Source: a virus (Duplodnaviria; Caudoviricetes). From it: a stretch of 64,000 nucleotides of DNA. Location: IMG/VR virus record IMGVR_UViG_2974799246_000001, positions 64,001 to 128,000 of that record. One strand, given 5' to 3'. Shown piece after piece: positions 38,113 through 47,565 of the stretch. Under the pieces are notes generated by a model. That model searched no databases. It saw only the letters and a list, made by a program, of their open reading frames with translations, and was not told where the DNA came from. The position numbers and the translations under genes are program-made. The first letter of the stretch is position 1; the number at the start of each line of letters is the position of its first letter.

Positions 38113-39798
38113 TTAGAGTGCACCAGAGTTGATCAGTTGCAGCGCGTACTGGATATCACCAACAGGTGGTACGATAGCCGTTACGTGGATGCGTTTGGTG
38201 TAGCGAGTCGGGTCAAGGAACACGTCGATGATCAGATCGCCACGCGCTTCGTCTTCTGCGGTGTTGTTGGTGTAGTCACAAGTAACTGCATACCAACGTA
38301 ACCCACGACCTGTCTTAATCGGTTCGAGGATTGCTTCCATCGCAGACTTCTGGCGCTGTTTCAGAATGTCGTCGTTCGGTTCGAAGACAGCACTCAGGTT
38401 GTTAGCGCGGGCAGAGGCATGAAGCATTGCAAGCAGACGACGCACACCGATATCTTGCAGCGGAGACTTCGTAGTGTAGGTGGTATCAGCACCCCACATG
38501 AAGATACCTTCGCCTTCGAAGATAGCAATCGGGTTAATCTGGTTATCCACCAGAATATCGCGGTCACCCTGCTTGAAGCGATAGCGCACGTCAGTTGCGA
38601 AGTCCAGCTTACCGCGTTGCATACCGCCAGGCGCAAGCCATGAAGCGACTTGGTCCGCAGTCAACATGCAGTATGCCATACACACAGACGCTGGTACGTA
38701 GAAGTCACGAGCGTTGGTGTTGTCACGCGCTTTAACGTCGGCATTCGACAGCGCAGACCAAGAGCCGATGATAGAGAACTCAGCTTCTTTGTACGGCTTG
38801 TTACCGCGACGATACGCCACAGCGTTGTCACGCGCTTGATACAGCACGGGCACACCATGCGTTGCGATACAGTCCATGCGGCTCTCAGCCAAGTCATCGA
38901 TCTTGTTCGCAATAACAGGATGTTCCAGACCGCCAGAGCACAGAATGCCCGCCTGAATGTCTTCCCAGTCGCGGTAGTTATCCCACGCAGTCAGAACAGC
39001 AGACAGAGAACGGTTAGCAATCAGTGCATCGTTGTGGTCAATGTCAATCACATCGCCGTCGCTACCACCAGTGAACTGACCGTTAGGTGCAGTAGGTGCT
39101 GTTGGGTCAGCAGGGCCACCACCGATGGAGTTGATGACCACGAAGTTCGGGTCTTCCACCAGCTTGTAGTGATTTTCATTCAGCTTCACGCGAATGTATT
39201 TCGAGTTCACATTGATAACGTCTTCAATGTAGAACTGGTTGCCTGCTTCGTCTTTGTAGTAACGAGTAGTCACCACATGCGTTTCCAGCGGCGTCAGATA
39301 ACCAACGCGGTACACTTTGATGATGGACTTAATGCCCAGCGCATCAGTCACGTCAGGTTCAAACGTGATGTACATGTTGTTCGCATCAGCGTACTGTGAC
39401 ATGGCGTAGATCAGGCAGATATCACGATCAGAGAAAGCAATCTGCTCAGGGTCCACCAGACCAGCGTCACCGAGAGGACGGCAGGTAGCGAAGTTGTTAT
39501 ACGTTGTGAGATACACACCTGCATACTTCACGGAGAGAGCGACACGCGTGATGTTCAGCTTGGTCGCTTTCGTCATCAGAATCTTGGCGTTCTGGACGTT
39601 GTTAGCGTACTTCCCAGTTGCTGGACCAAAGATTGCGTCGATCTCATCTTTAGAGGTAACAGTTGTGTTCACACCCACAGGACCACGAGGGAACGGCAGA
39701 ACCAGAGTACACATGCCATACTGGACAAGTGACGCCTGATTCGAGCGGTCGTTCTCCTGCGTGTAGACCCCAGGAGAGGGGTGATTTGGTTGTAGCAT
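38113..39798 (-). CDS. Tail sheath protein (gp18-like)
   Basis: 561 aa. SPGVYTQEND, WLAPGG..RG, NQINPI, WG..T, IGVRRL, FEPND, CDYTNNT. Confidence 0.95.
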   Translation of the reverse strand: MLQPNHPSPGVYTQENDRSNQASLVQYGMCTLVLPFPRGPVGVNTTVTSKDEIDAIFGPATGKYANNVQNAKILMTKATKLNITRVALSVKYAGVYLTTYNNFATCRPLGDAGLVDPEQIAFSDRDICLIYAMSQYADANNMYITFEPDVTDALGIKSIIKVYRVGYLTPLETHVVTTRYYKDEAGNQFYIEDVINVNSKYIRVKLNENHYKLVEDPNFVVINSIGGGPADPTAPTAPNGQFTGGSDGDVIDIDHNDALIANRSLSAVLTAWDNYRDWEDIQAGILCSGGLEHPVIANKIDDLAESRMDCIATHGVPVLYQARDNAVAYRRGNKPYKEAEFSIIGSWSALSNADVKARDNTNARDFYVPASVCMAYCMLTADQVASWLAPGGMQRGKLDFATDVRYRFKQGDRDILVDNQINPIAIFEGEGIFMWGADTTYTTKSPLQDIGVRRLLAMLHASARANNLSAVFEPNDDILKQRQKSAMEAILEPIKTGRGLRWYAVTCDYTNNTAEDEARGDLIIDVFLDPTRYTKRIHVTAIVPPVGDIQYALQLINSGAL

Positions 39799-39840
39799 CG
39801 TGAATCTCCATGAGAATGGGCATCGTGAAACGACTATAAC

Positions 39841-39848
39841 AAATTAGC
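39841..39848 (-). promoter_or_regulatory. Putative late promoter motif GCTAATTT
   Basis: Intergenic, about 43 nt upstream of the sheath start. Confidence 0.6.
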
Positions 39849-39854
39849 GTATTG

Positions 39855-40199
39855 TCAGTAGCAAATCACATTAACACGCTGATCAACGTCACTTACGAGA
39901 ACCGATTGCGCCATCTTACCAGTGAGAGTGAATTGGCCTTCGATGATCATCTGGCCACCAGCGAACTGCAAGATGATTGGCTCAGCCGTATCAATGTACA
40001 GCAGCCCTTTAATCTCAGGCAGTTGGTAGCCTTTAGGACCAACGATGATCGATTGCTCCATGAACAGTCCATCGAGAGGGATACCTACAGGATGTGACTG
40101 TCGCTTGAGCACAGAGTTTTGGTTGGAGGTGACTGAACGCACACGGCTATCAATCACAAGAGTGCGGTCGAGCTTACGATACTTCTCGCGTGTGTACAT
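39855..40199 (-). CDS. Hypothetical structural protein
   Basis: 114 aa; TAATG overlap with the upstream gene. Confidence 0.7.
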   Translation of the reverse strand: MYTREKYRKLDRTLVIDSRVRSVTSNQNSVLKRQSHPVGIPLDGLFMEQSIIVGPKGYQLPEIKGLLYIDTAEPIILQFAGGQMIIEGQFTLTGKMAQSVLVSDVDQRVNVICY

Positions 40200-40906
40200 T
40201 AGTCATCGTCCTCTTCTTCTTCTTCTTCCTCTTCTTCGGTCTCCTGAGCCTTAGTTGCACGAGGCCCTAAGTCCATGTCGATTTCAACGTTCTCGGTGAT
40301 CTCACCGTAGTTGTTAATCTTGGCCTGCTCCATGTTGAAACCAATCTTGGTCATGATAGTGATTGGAATCTCCAGTTCGAAACTGCCTGGCGTACTACCT
40401 TCATCGAGGTCATCAATGTTAGGCAGAGGGATAGAGTCATCTATCTTAACGCGCACAGTCCATTTAGCTGTAGGCATTTCAATAGAGAAGCTCATCAGGT
40501 CAGTTAGGCCAGCAACCATTAGCTGTTGTACACACAGCAGCGCCTGATCGATGTTCATGAACTTGAGGTACAGGGAACCTGTAAGAGTGATAGGGAAGTA
40601 GTAGTTCGTTACCACAACGGCATTCGTACCATCGCTGCCTATAGCCCAACCAGAACCGTGACGTGCAATGTTCTTAATGTTCACGGATTCTTCGCGGTTG
40701 AAAGCCATAGTAGGTAGTTTGAACCAGCCGTACGGATAGTCAGTGCTTTGATTGTTCGTTGCACGAATACCCTGCTTCGGGTTGTTATGCACAGACCAAA
40801 CAAAACGCTTTAGGCCGAAGCCTTGTCGGAATTGGCGTTGAAAGCCAAAGATGGTTGCTCGTAACGATGTGCTGTTCTTGAGCAAGCCTGCAACGTTTGC
40901 GCTCAT
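40199..40906 (-). CDS. Probable neck/tail-terminator protein with acidic C-terminus
   Basis: Start revised to ATG 40906 (GGAG SD; the longer ORF begins inside a terminator), 235 aa. Function inferred from position between head and sheath genes. Confidence 0.55.
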   Translation of the reverse strand: MSANVAGLLKNSTSLRATIFGFQRQFRQGFGLKRFVWSVHNNPKQGIRATNNQSTDYPYGWFKLPTMAFNREESVNIKNIARHGSGWAIGSDGTNAVVVTNYYFPITLTGSLYLKFMNIDQALLCVQQLMVAGLTDLMSFSIEMPTAKWTVRVKIDDSIPLPNIDDLDEGSTPGSFELEIPITIMTKIGFNMEQAKINNYGEITENVEIDMDLGPRATKAQETEEEEEEEEEDDD

Positions 40907-40923
40907 GTGGAGCTCCAGAGACG

Positions 40924-40950
40924 AAAAAAGGGCGGCCGAAGCCACCCTTT
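40924..40950 (-). terminator. Rho-independent terminator ending the head operon
   Basis: AAAGGGTGGC-TTCG-GCCGCCCTTTTTT. Confidence 0.9.
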
Positions 40951-40970
40951 TGGTTACCCGTAGTCGGGTG

Positions 40971-41390
40971 CTAGTCGTCGAGTCGTAAGCGAATCAGAGA
41001 AGACGTGGCGGCAGAGTCGGATTCAACGGTAGCGTCGTCCTCCTCTTCCAGGTCTTCTTCATCGTCAAGGTCTTCATCTTCTTCCTCATCGGAATCGGAG
41101 TTCAGACTGATGATTTCGTCATCGCCATACAATGCAGCGACTTGTTCTTCCTCGGCATTAAGCGCTAAAGCAGCAGATAACGCAGCAACGGATTCGTTCA
41201 TACCTGATGCACTACTCACGGAGTTAACGAGGCATGACGCTTCGAAGTTATCCGTGAGTTCGCAACAAAGAAAGTCCTCAGTGTCTGGCGCTACAGCAGC
41301 TTGAGCAAGCAAGCGGGAAGCATCCATCCACTGTCCGTCACGCGCTGCGACGATTGCCAGTGCAGCTAAGGAACCAGATAAAGTCTTCAT
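40971..41390 (-). CDS. Small acidic protein, possible prohead core component
   Basis: 139 aa. D/E tract flanked by S-x-S motifs (NSVS, NSDS, ESDS); GAGG SD. Confidence 0.7.
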   Translation of the reverse strand: MKTLSGSLAALAIVAARDGQWMDASRLLAQAAVAPDTEDFLCCELTDNFEASCLVNSVSSASGMNESVAALSAALALNAEEEQVAALYGDDEIISLNSDSDEEEDEDLDDEEDLEEEDDATVESDSAATSSLIRLRLDD

Positions 41391-41415
41391 GCTTGGTCCT
41401 CAGTTAGTAGAACAC

Positions 41416-42264
41416 CTATGCGGCAGCCAGATGCGGGTGAAGCATCTCGTCCATCATCGCATAAATCTTATCTTTCGTTCTCAGGCGAGTAGATGAAAGC
41501 GCAGAGTAAATCTGTTCCTTCACCTTAACGCGCTTACGCTCAGGCACCTGCTTAATCAAATGGCCAAGCCGCTTTTGAGCCGCCCATATTGCCCTTTGCT
41601 TAGGAGTAGCATTTGCGTGTCGCGCGTTTGCTTTAGCAGCAATCTTTCCCTTGAACTCAGCAAGATACAAGGGATCACTCTTTATGGTCTGCCACGCAGC
41701 CTTACCTGCTTCCGAGTAAACACGAGAACGATGTTCAGCGAATTTCTTATCGCGTTTGCATCGCTTGCGTGTTTCTTCAAAGCGTACCTTCTTAGTAGCT
41801 TTCATCTTCTCGATAGCAAGCCGTCCGTCCTCAGTAGCGTACTTAGCTAACAGGGCTGCGGACATTTCACGTTTGCGTTTGTCTGTGTACTTTTCGCGTG
41901 GAGCATCAAGTGCCCCCTTACCGCCCGCAGAAAGATTCAATAAAGGACCTCCGTACCGTATGCGTTTAATCTTCGCAATCAGTTCGAACTCTTTATCGTA
42001 GGCTTCTTCCTGCGTATCATAACGATACTTGATTTGGGCGATAGGCTCATAACCTTCATCGAGTAAGTGTCGGAATCTTGCGAGCTTCGGAGTATTGTCT
42101 CTCGTCTGCGCTTGATTCTTCAAGAACTTCGCCCAATGAACGTTGACCCTATCGCCTACACCCTTTCCCACGTAGAACGGCTCATGAGAAAATGTGTTGC
42201 GGCCGTAACGGAATGACCCAGGTCGTCTTGGGTCCATTAGTACATAAACATAATGACGTTTCAT
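41416..42264 (-). CDS. Free-standing GIY-YIG family (homing) endonuclease
   Basis: HYVYVLMDPR...PFYVGKG..DR...H...EAYDKEFELI...LLNLSAGG, plus a basic helical C-terminal region. Confidence 0.85.
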   Translation of the reverse strand: MKRHYVYVLMDPRRPGSFRYGRNTFSHEPFYVGKGVGDRVNVHWAKFLKNQAQTRDNTPKLARFRHLLDEGYEPIAQIKYRYDTQEEAYDKEFELIAKIKRIRYGGPLLNLSAGGKGALDAPREKYTDKRKREMSAALLAKYATEDGRLAIEKMKATKKVRFEETRKRCKRDKKFAEHRSRVYSEAGKAAWQTIKSDPLYLAEFKGKIAAKANARHANATPKQRAIWAAQKRLGHLIKQVPERKRVKVKEQIYSALSSTRLRTKDKIYAMMDEMLHPHLAAA

Positions 42265-42276
42265 AAAGAGTGATCC

Positions 42277-42364
42277 CTCGTATGGATAATGAAGAACAAC
42301 TCAAGTGGTAGCGAGTGATACGAGCACTCGCAGAGCTGGCCGGCCTTTTCCCACAAGAGTTGTT
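42277..42364 (-). promoter_or_regulatory. Structured RNA leader of the endonuclease gene (branched stem with anti-SD loop)
   Basis: Stem AACAACTC/GAGTTGTT, GTGG/CCAC, and hairpin GCGAGTG-CTCGTAT-CACTCGC whose loop is complementary to ATACGAG overlapping the SD. Confidence 0.65.
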
Positions 42365-42398
42365 TATTGCTTTACATCAGTGTTCTAGGCAATCAATC

Positions 42399-43499
42399 CT
42401 AGCCTCGAACAGCTTTTGCGACTGAACGCACGTTCGCCAGAGTGAAGGAGAAGGTGCTAGACAGCAACCAGCCGCGGTCGGTGTTACCCTGGTTAGCGCC
42501 AGAGGTCGGAGTAGACTGGGTGCCGCCACGAGTGGTGTACACTGCGTGGTAGTCCTGGTCAGCCAGAACGTACAGTTCGCCGTCCTGCAGAACGCGGTGC
42601 TCTGGAGCACGGAAGCCGTCAGTTACCAGTTCCATACCCAGCAGGGTACCCAGACGACCGGTGGTGATCAGGTCATACTTAGACACTGGGTCCAGAGCAG
42701 AGCTGAACTGATCGTTACCAACGATATCGTTCCAGTAGTCCTGCGCCATCACGGCAGTGCTTACAGGCAGCGGCCAGCTAGACACAGAATTTTTCAGGGT
42801 AGACAGCAGACGCGGAGTCAGGTCACCGTGAACGAAGGTCATCGGGTTAGCAACGCCGACTGCCTGGTCACAAGCACGTTTCCACAGACGGTCTTCTGCA
42901 ACCATGATAGAAGACAGGCCGTCTTGCTGCGCACGGTCCAGCAGGTCGCCGTTGATCTGGTCCAGGTCCATTTTGCTGACGCGGATGTTGGATTTCAGTT
43001 CGAACTCAGCAGGCGTGTATACACGACCGCGGAACTGGTAGTAACCCATGTCAGAAGGACCGGTCGCGATGATTGCTTCCGCCTGGTGAATTTTCAGTTC
43101 GATACGAGCGATATCGCCCTGACGAACGGTAGCGCCTTTACAAACTTTGCGCAGCAGGCCAGCACGTTCAGCACGGTCTTCGATAGATGCAACGATAGAA
43201 GCACCCAGAGAAGCCCACTTCTCACCAGAGCTGTCAGCCACAGCTTCCTGGAACAGTTCGATCTTCTCTTGCTCTGACAGGCCGCCAGCGTTTGCAGAAG
43301 TAGAGTGAACCAGTTCGCCGTTCTGGAATGCGCCCATCAGCTTAGTGATTTGGCCCAGCAGGTCTTTTTGGCTCGATGCGTTGATCTCACCAGTGGAAGA
43401 GGAAAGCGCCAGCTCACCTTTACCACCAAAACGCAGGTCTTCGATAGGCGCGCCATTACGCAGGGTTACTTTAGCGCCGCGCATTAAAGAGTTGTTCAT
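42399..43499 (-). CDS. Major capsid protein (HK97 fold)
   Basis: 366 aa. Strongly biased codons, AGGAG SD, position downstream of protease and scaffold; PAEFEL...DLLDRA..IMVAEDR, GRLGTLLGMELVTD. Confidence 0.85.
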   Translation of the reverse strand: MNNSLMRGAKVTLRNGAPIEDLRFGGKGELALSSSTGEINASSQKDLLGQITKLMGAFQNGELVHSTSANAGGLSEQEKIELFQEAVADSSGEKWASLGASIVASIEDRAERAGLLRKVCKGATVRQGDIARIELKIHQAEAIIATGPSDMGYYQFRGRVYTPAEFELKSNIRVSKMDLDQINGDLLDRAQQDGLSSIMVAEDRLWKRACDQAVGVANPMTFVHGDLTPRLLSTLKNSVSSWPLPVSTAVMAQDYWNDIVGNDQFSSALDPVSKYDLITTGRLGTLLGMELVTDGFRAPEHRVLQDGELYVLADQDYHAVYTTRGGTQSTPTSGANQGNTDRGWLLSSTFSFTLANVRSVAKAVRG

Positions 43500-43561
43500 T
43501 AGTTGCTCCTGAGATTAATCTCGTAAGTTTTCAGATACTAAACAGTCACGGTGCGCGACGA

Positions 43562-44269
43562 TTAAGCGCCGTAAGAGGAAGTGGTTTCGATGATCAGGTA
43601 GCCGCGCTCAGTAGTTGGCGCTTGCTTGATGATCAGACCTTTCAGCTCGGTGCCGTTACCACCGATGGTCAGCAGGCCGTTTGGACCCAGGCTTGGGTGC
43701 AGCACGTTGTCAGCAGACCAGTCAGCAGTCGGGTCAAACATAGAGGTAGCAACGTTACCCAGTTTGATGTACGCGATGCGGCCTTCAACGTTAGACGGCA
43801 GACCACCGATAGGAGCATCAGCAGTGTAAGAACGCGCTTCGGTCACGGTCAGTTCGTAAGCATACTGGATGCGAACTTTCTTACCAATGTCGTCAGCGTG
43901 GAAGTACAGGTCAGCACCCTGAACACCGACTTTACCTTCGGCAGTAGGAGCAGCGTTAGCTTCCTGATCTGCTTTAGTACCGTCGATTTTAACCAGCAGT
44001 GCGCCAGCGTTAGGAACGCGGGATGCAGTGAACTTTTTGGTAGCGTCGATAACGAACTCTTCCACACGGTTCATGTTCGCAGGCGGCATAGAGCGAGCCA
44101 GAGCGAAACCGGCGAATACTTCGTCAGCAGCACCAGTAGACAGACGCAGGAAGGAGTGACCGCCTTCGCGAGTCCAAACCAGTGCGACGCCTTCTTCGTG
44201 GATTACTTCACCCGGCAGCAGATCAGCTTCCTGGGTCTGTACGATTGCGGTAGCGTTTTGAAACAACAT
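43562..44269 (-). CDS. Abundant capsid-associated (decoration-type) protein
   Basis: Start revised to ATG 44269 (GGAG SD), 235 aa. Lies between scaffold and capsid genes with the same high-expression codon bias. Confidence 0.6.
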   Translation of the reverse strand: MLFQNATAIVQTQEADLLPGEVIHEEGVALVWTREGGHSFLRLSTGAADEVFAGFALARSMPPANMNRVEEFVIDATKKFTASRVPNAGALLVKIDGTKADQEANAAPTAEGKVGVQGADLYFHADDIGKKVRIQYAYELTVTEARSYTADAPIGGLPSNVEGRIAYIKLGNVATSMFDPTADWSADNVLHPSLGPNGLLTIGGNGTELKGLIIKQAPTTERGYLIIETTSSYGA

Positions 44270-44320
44270 AATCAAATTCTCCAATAAGAGATTGCGAGAT
44301 TAAACTACTGTCTGCCCGTA

Positions 44321-46369
44321 TTAGCGCAGACGAGCAAGTTTATCAGCGAAGGATGAGCCAGTGGAAGCTGAACTCTGGGAAGAAACAGACTCGAGGTCCT
44401 GATTCAACAGGTCAGCAGCAGTCTGTTGTTTGACTGGTGCAGTGGTAACCTGCTGTTGAACAACTGCCTGGCGGTCGGCACTAACAGTACCAGCAGCGGC
44501 GTCGATCGATTCAGAAATTTCGTTCTGGGCTACTTCTGACTTGCTCATCAGGTCCATCGCTTTTGACAGCGAAGCCGCGAGGAAGTCTTTACCGTGAGCG
44601 ATAAACGCACGTTCAATCAGAGCGCGTGGCTCTTTGAGACCGGCAGCAGTCAGAGAACTCGCCAGAGACTCAACGATTGGGTTACGCACATCACCCCAGA
44701 AGTTTTTGGTAACACCCAGCTGTGCAGCAGACAGCGCAGCGACCAGACGATCAGCGTGAGCTGAGGTAGCTTCTTCGATAGTCGCAGTGACGTTCGAGGT
44801 TGCTTCGTTGATACGCGCGTCGGATTCAGCCACCAGCAGTTTGTCTACCGGCATTTCGAACTGATACGGCATAAAGCCGAACGATTCACAAGTACCAGCA
44901 ACACCAGTCTGATTCAGAGAGTGTGATACGGCACGGATGAAATTATCAGTATCGAAAGATTTAACCGCATTTTCTTCGCCGACTGCATTAGATACAGAAG
45001 CGAGAGTAGCGCGGGCCAGAGGTTCGCCATCGTAGTACATGTGAACAGTGTTCACTTTACCAGCAGCGCGGCTCAGGCTAACGAGTGACGGGTCCAGCGT
45101 GCCGTGGTTGGCTTGCGCAGTGGACAGACTGTCGAAGGTGCGGCTGACGGCCTTACTTTCAGAATCGAAATCGTCTTCGTCATCGAGGTCGAGATCATCT
45201 TCTTCCAGTTCTTCGTCGTCGAGGTCTTCATCTTCGTCGTCATCGCTAGATGATTCGGAATCGAAGTCTTCATCGTCGAGGTCTTCGTCATCCAGATCTT
45301 CGTCGTCGAGGTCTTCCTCATCGAGGTCGTCTTCGTCGAAATCTTCGTCGTCTTCCTCGTCGTCGTCAGAGCTGGATTCAGAATCGAAGTCGTCTTCGTC
45401 TTCTTCCAGGTCTTCGTCATCCAGATCATCTTCATCCAGATCTTCGTCGTCGAGGTCGTCTTCGTCGTCGATATCATCTTCATCATCGTTAGAAGATTCG
45501 GAGTCGATATCGTCTTCGTCCAGATCGTCATCTTCATCGTCAAGGTCATCTTCCTCAACAATGTCGATATCGCTGTCGTCGCCAGATTGAGATTCAATCG
45601 GCTCATCAACCAGCGCGGCAGAACAGTGGGCGCAGAACACTGGCTCTTCATCGGAAGATACAGTGAATGGCTGGTCGCAGTTAGCAGAGCAGCTATAGAT
45701 ATGCGCTTCAACTTCATCGCCAGCAGAAGACAGAGCAGCGATTGCTTCTGGAGCTTCTTGCGGGTCACAGGAAGTAACTTCCTGGCCGGTGTACGGGTCG
45801 AAGTTTGCGGCAGTAGCAGCGTTAAAGCTACCAGTACCAGACACAGCGGTAAACGTGTGTGCGTTGCTCAGTGCCAGTGCGAAGTTGCGTTGTGCAGCTT
45901 CGGCAGTCTCGCCGGTAGCAACCAGACCAACGTGTTCAACCTGTTCGTCAGCAGAAGCTGATTCGGCCAGGAATTGAGTAACGCGTTCGTCAGTGATTTC
46001 GGACAGGTCAGCAGAGCACGATGGGCAGCAGCCCTGAACCAGAGCAGAGCTATCAGAGATAACGTGGCTACCACAACCATCAAGACAGATGGTGTAATGC
46101 GCTTTCACGTCACCAGCAGAAGACTGCGACTGGACTTCGGCTTTCTCAACCAAATCAGGATGCTCTACCAGCAGTTCTTCACCGCCGTTAGGATTGTAAA
46201 GGTCCGCGCCGCTCTGCGAAGCAAAGCCCACACCGGCAGAGTTCCCGAAAATCATCAGGTTCTGACCGAGTGCAGTACGGCGAAAGTTCTCTACTGCCTG
46301 ATTATGGTTTTGACCGACACACAGGATACCCGCGAGTTGGGTAATCTTTGGCATGGTTAAAACCCTCAT
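44321..46369 (-). CDS. Prohead scaffold/core protein with long acidic linker
   Basis: 682 aa (start may be 46354). Two Cys4 clusters, ~145-aa D/E tract and helical C-terminus; lies between protease and capsid genes. Confidence 0.75.
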   Translation of the reverse strand: MRVLTMPKITQLAGILCVGQNHNQAVENFRRTALGQNLMIFGNSAGVGFASQSGADLYNPNGGEELLVEHPDLVEKAEVQSQSSAGDVKAHYTICLDGCGSHVISDSSALVQGCCPSCSADLSEITDERVTQFLAESASADEQVEHVGLVATGETAEAAQRNFALALSNAHTFTAVSGTGSFNAATAANFDPYTGQEVTSCDPQEAPEAIAALSSAGDEVEAHIYSCSANCDQPFTVSSDEEPVFCAHCSAALVDEPIESQSGDDSDIDIVEEDDLDDEDDDLDEDDIDSESSNDDEDDIDDEDDLDDEDLDEDDLDDEDLEEDEDDFDSESSSDDDEEDDEDFDEDDLDEEDLDDEDLDDEDLDDEDFDSESSSDDDEDEDLDDEELEEDDLDLDDEDDFDSESKAVSRTFDSLSTAQANHGTLDPSLVSLSRAAGKVNTVHMYYDGEPLARATLASVSNAVGEENAVKSFDTDNFIRAVSHSLNQTGVAGTCESFGFMPYQFEMPVDKLLVAESDARINEATSNVTATIEEATSAHADRLVAALSAAQLGVTKNFWGDVRNPIVESLASSLTAAGLKEPRALIERAFIAHGKDFLAASLSKAMDLMSKSEVAQNEISESIDAAAGTVSADRQAVVQQQVTTAPVKQQTAADLLNQDLESVSSQSSASTGSSFADKLARLR
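45155..45600 (-). repeat. Degenerate tandem coding repeat (DLDDE units punctuated by four [FI]DSES motifs)
   Basis: Visible in the protein and in the DNA (recurring tcgtcgaggtc and gaatcgaa). Confidence 0.85.
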
Positions 46370-46398
46370 AAATTTTTAGTCGTTGAATCGACAGGTTA

Positions 46399-46406
46399 AA
46401 ATTAAC
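46399..46406 (-). promoter_or_regulatory. Variant late promoter motif GTTAATTT
   Basis: Intergenic, about 30 nt upstream of the scaffold gene; one mismatch to GCTAATTT. Confidence 0.45.
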
Positions 46407-46431
46407 GATTGCAGAAAAAATTCAGGTATTT

Positions 46432-47565
46432 TTAAACTTTTCTGCTATCAATGTCAGCTTGCGGAATATAGCGATTTTCGAAGTATTTATTGACCACTTC
46501 TACTCCGTTTAACGTATAAACGTTACGCATACTATCACCCCAAACCATTAGCTCTGCGAGGGTCGCAAAGTGTTCTGCGGGCACTGTATTTATGGTACGT
46601 GCGTTCAAGCTATCTGGATGGATTTTCTTTCCTCGGATAGCCTGATCGAACTTCATACGGTCAACATTTCGTATCATCGTATGGTCAACAAAGTGCGCCA
46701 ATTCGTGGGTCATTGCATGGCCGAATGAACGGCTATTATAACCCCCGAACAAGTCCACCAACTGCTTTGGACTCATTGAAATTACACCATACAGGAATCC
46801 TGACACGGTATAAGTAGCAATATGTGACCCACCAACATCGTTACCATGTTTAACGATACCCACATATAGGCGTTTAAACGGCAGAGGCACATTAAGACCT
46901 ATGCCAGGCATGACGTTATCCTGAATGTCTTTGAGTACATAGTCAGGAGGACTCACACCTTCCAGCAGGATTTTCTTGCCACCTATACGCAGTTCGTCAG
47001 CACCCAATACTTCAAGATGCACATTGCCACAACGTGGTATCTTCTGGACTGCGTAGTTATTTGGCGTACCACCAGGATAGTTGGCATTTGCATACACCAA
47101 GGCTTTCATATCACCGAACTGCGGCATGTCCATTAGACGACGCTGTTTGGCTTTGAGCGACTCTGGCGTATCTACACCGAACTGATCAAGAGGACCATCG
47201 GCTGGTGTATTTTGTTCGGGCGCTGGAGCTTCTACTTGCTGGGGTTTCGCTTTGACAGGCACGGGCTTCGGCTTGGGTGCAGCAGCTTTCTGCTTTTCCT
47301 CGTAAGGAACGAAGTCGAATCCAGGCTTGAAGAGGGCGTCAGGCTTAGCCGTGAATGGGCGACTCTGCGATACTACGCGGTCACCGTCTTCTCCACTGAT
47401 TGCATAAGCCATGTCGTATTTAGGGTGGGCTATGTAGTACAGGTCGTCACTCACTTTGACCAGACCTACAACCTCACGTGTATGCAGATGCACACCGTTT
47501 GAGATCATAGCGTCTGGTCCAAGATAACGATAGTACGAATAGTCTGCTATGGACATATCGGACAT
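46432..47565 (-). CDS. Protein with shared N-terminal domain and C-terminal HExxH metallopeptidase-like domain
   Basis: Start revised to 47565 (TAATG overlap), 377 aa. THELAHFVDH followed by PAEHFA. Confidence 0.7.
   Translation of the reverse strand: MSDMSIADYSYYRYLGPDAMISNGVHLHTREVVGLVKVSDDLYYIAHPKYDMAYAISGEDGDRVVSQSRPFTAKPDALFKPGFDFVPYEEKQKAAAPKPKPVPVKAKPQQVEAPAPEQNTPADGPLDQFGVDTPESLKAKQRRLMDMPQFGDMKALVYANANYPGGTPNNYAVQKIPRCGNVHLEVLGADELRIGGKKILLEGVSPPDYVLKDIQDNVMPGIGLNVPLPFKRLYVGIVKHGNDVGGSHIATYTVSGFLYGVISMSPKQLVDLFGGYNSRSFGHAMTHELAHFVDHTMIRNVDRMKFDQAIRGKKIHPDSLNARTINTVPAEHFATLAELMVWGDSMRNVYTLNGVEVVNKYFENRYIPQADIDSRKV

Noticed and set aside
39795-39829. 10-nt direct repeat TTCACGATGC at and 25 nt upstream of the sheath start codon
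   Set aside because: Short, two copies only, and the upstream ATG has no SD; no supportable function.
42332-42346. GGCCGGC resembling the start of an HDV-like ribozyme
   Set aside because: No complementary P1 3' strand or nested double-pseudoknot elements follow.
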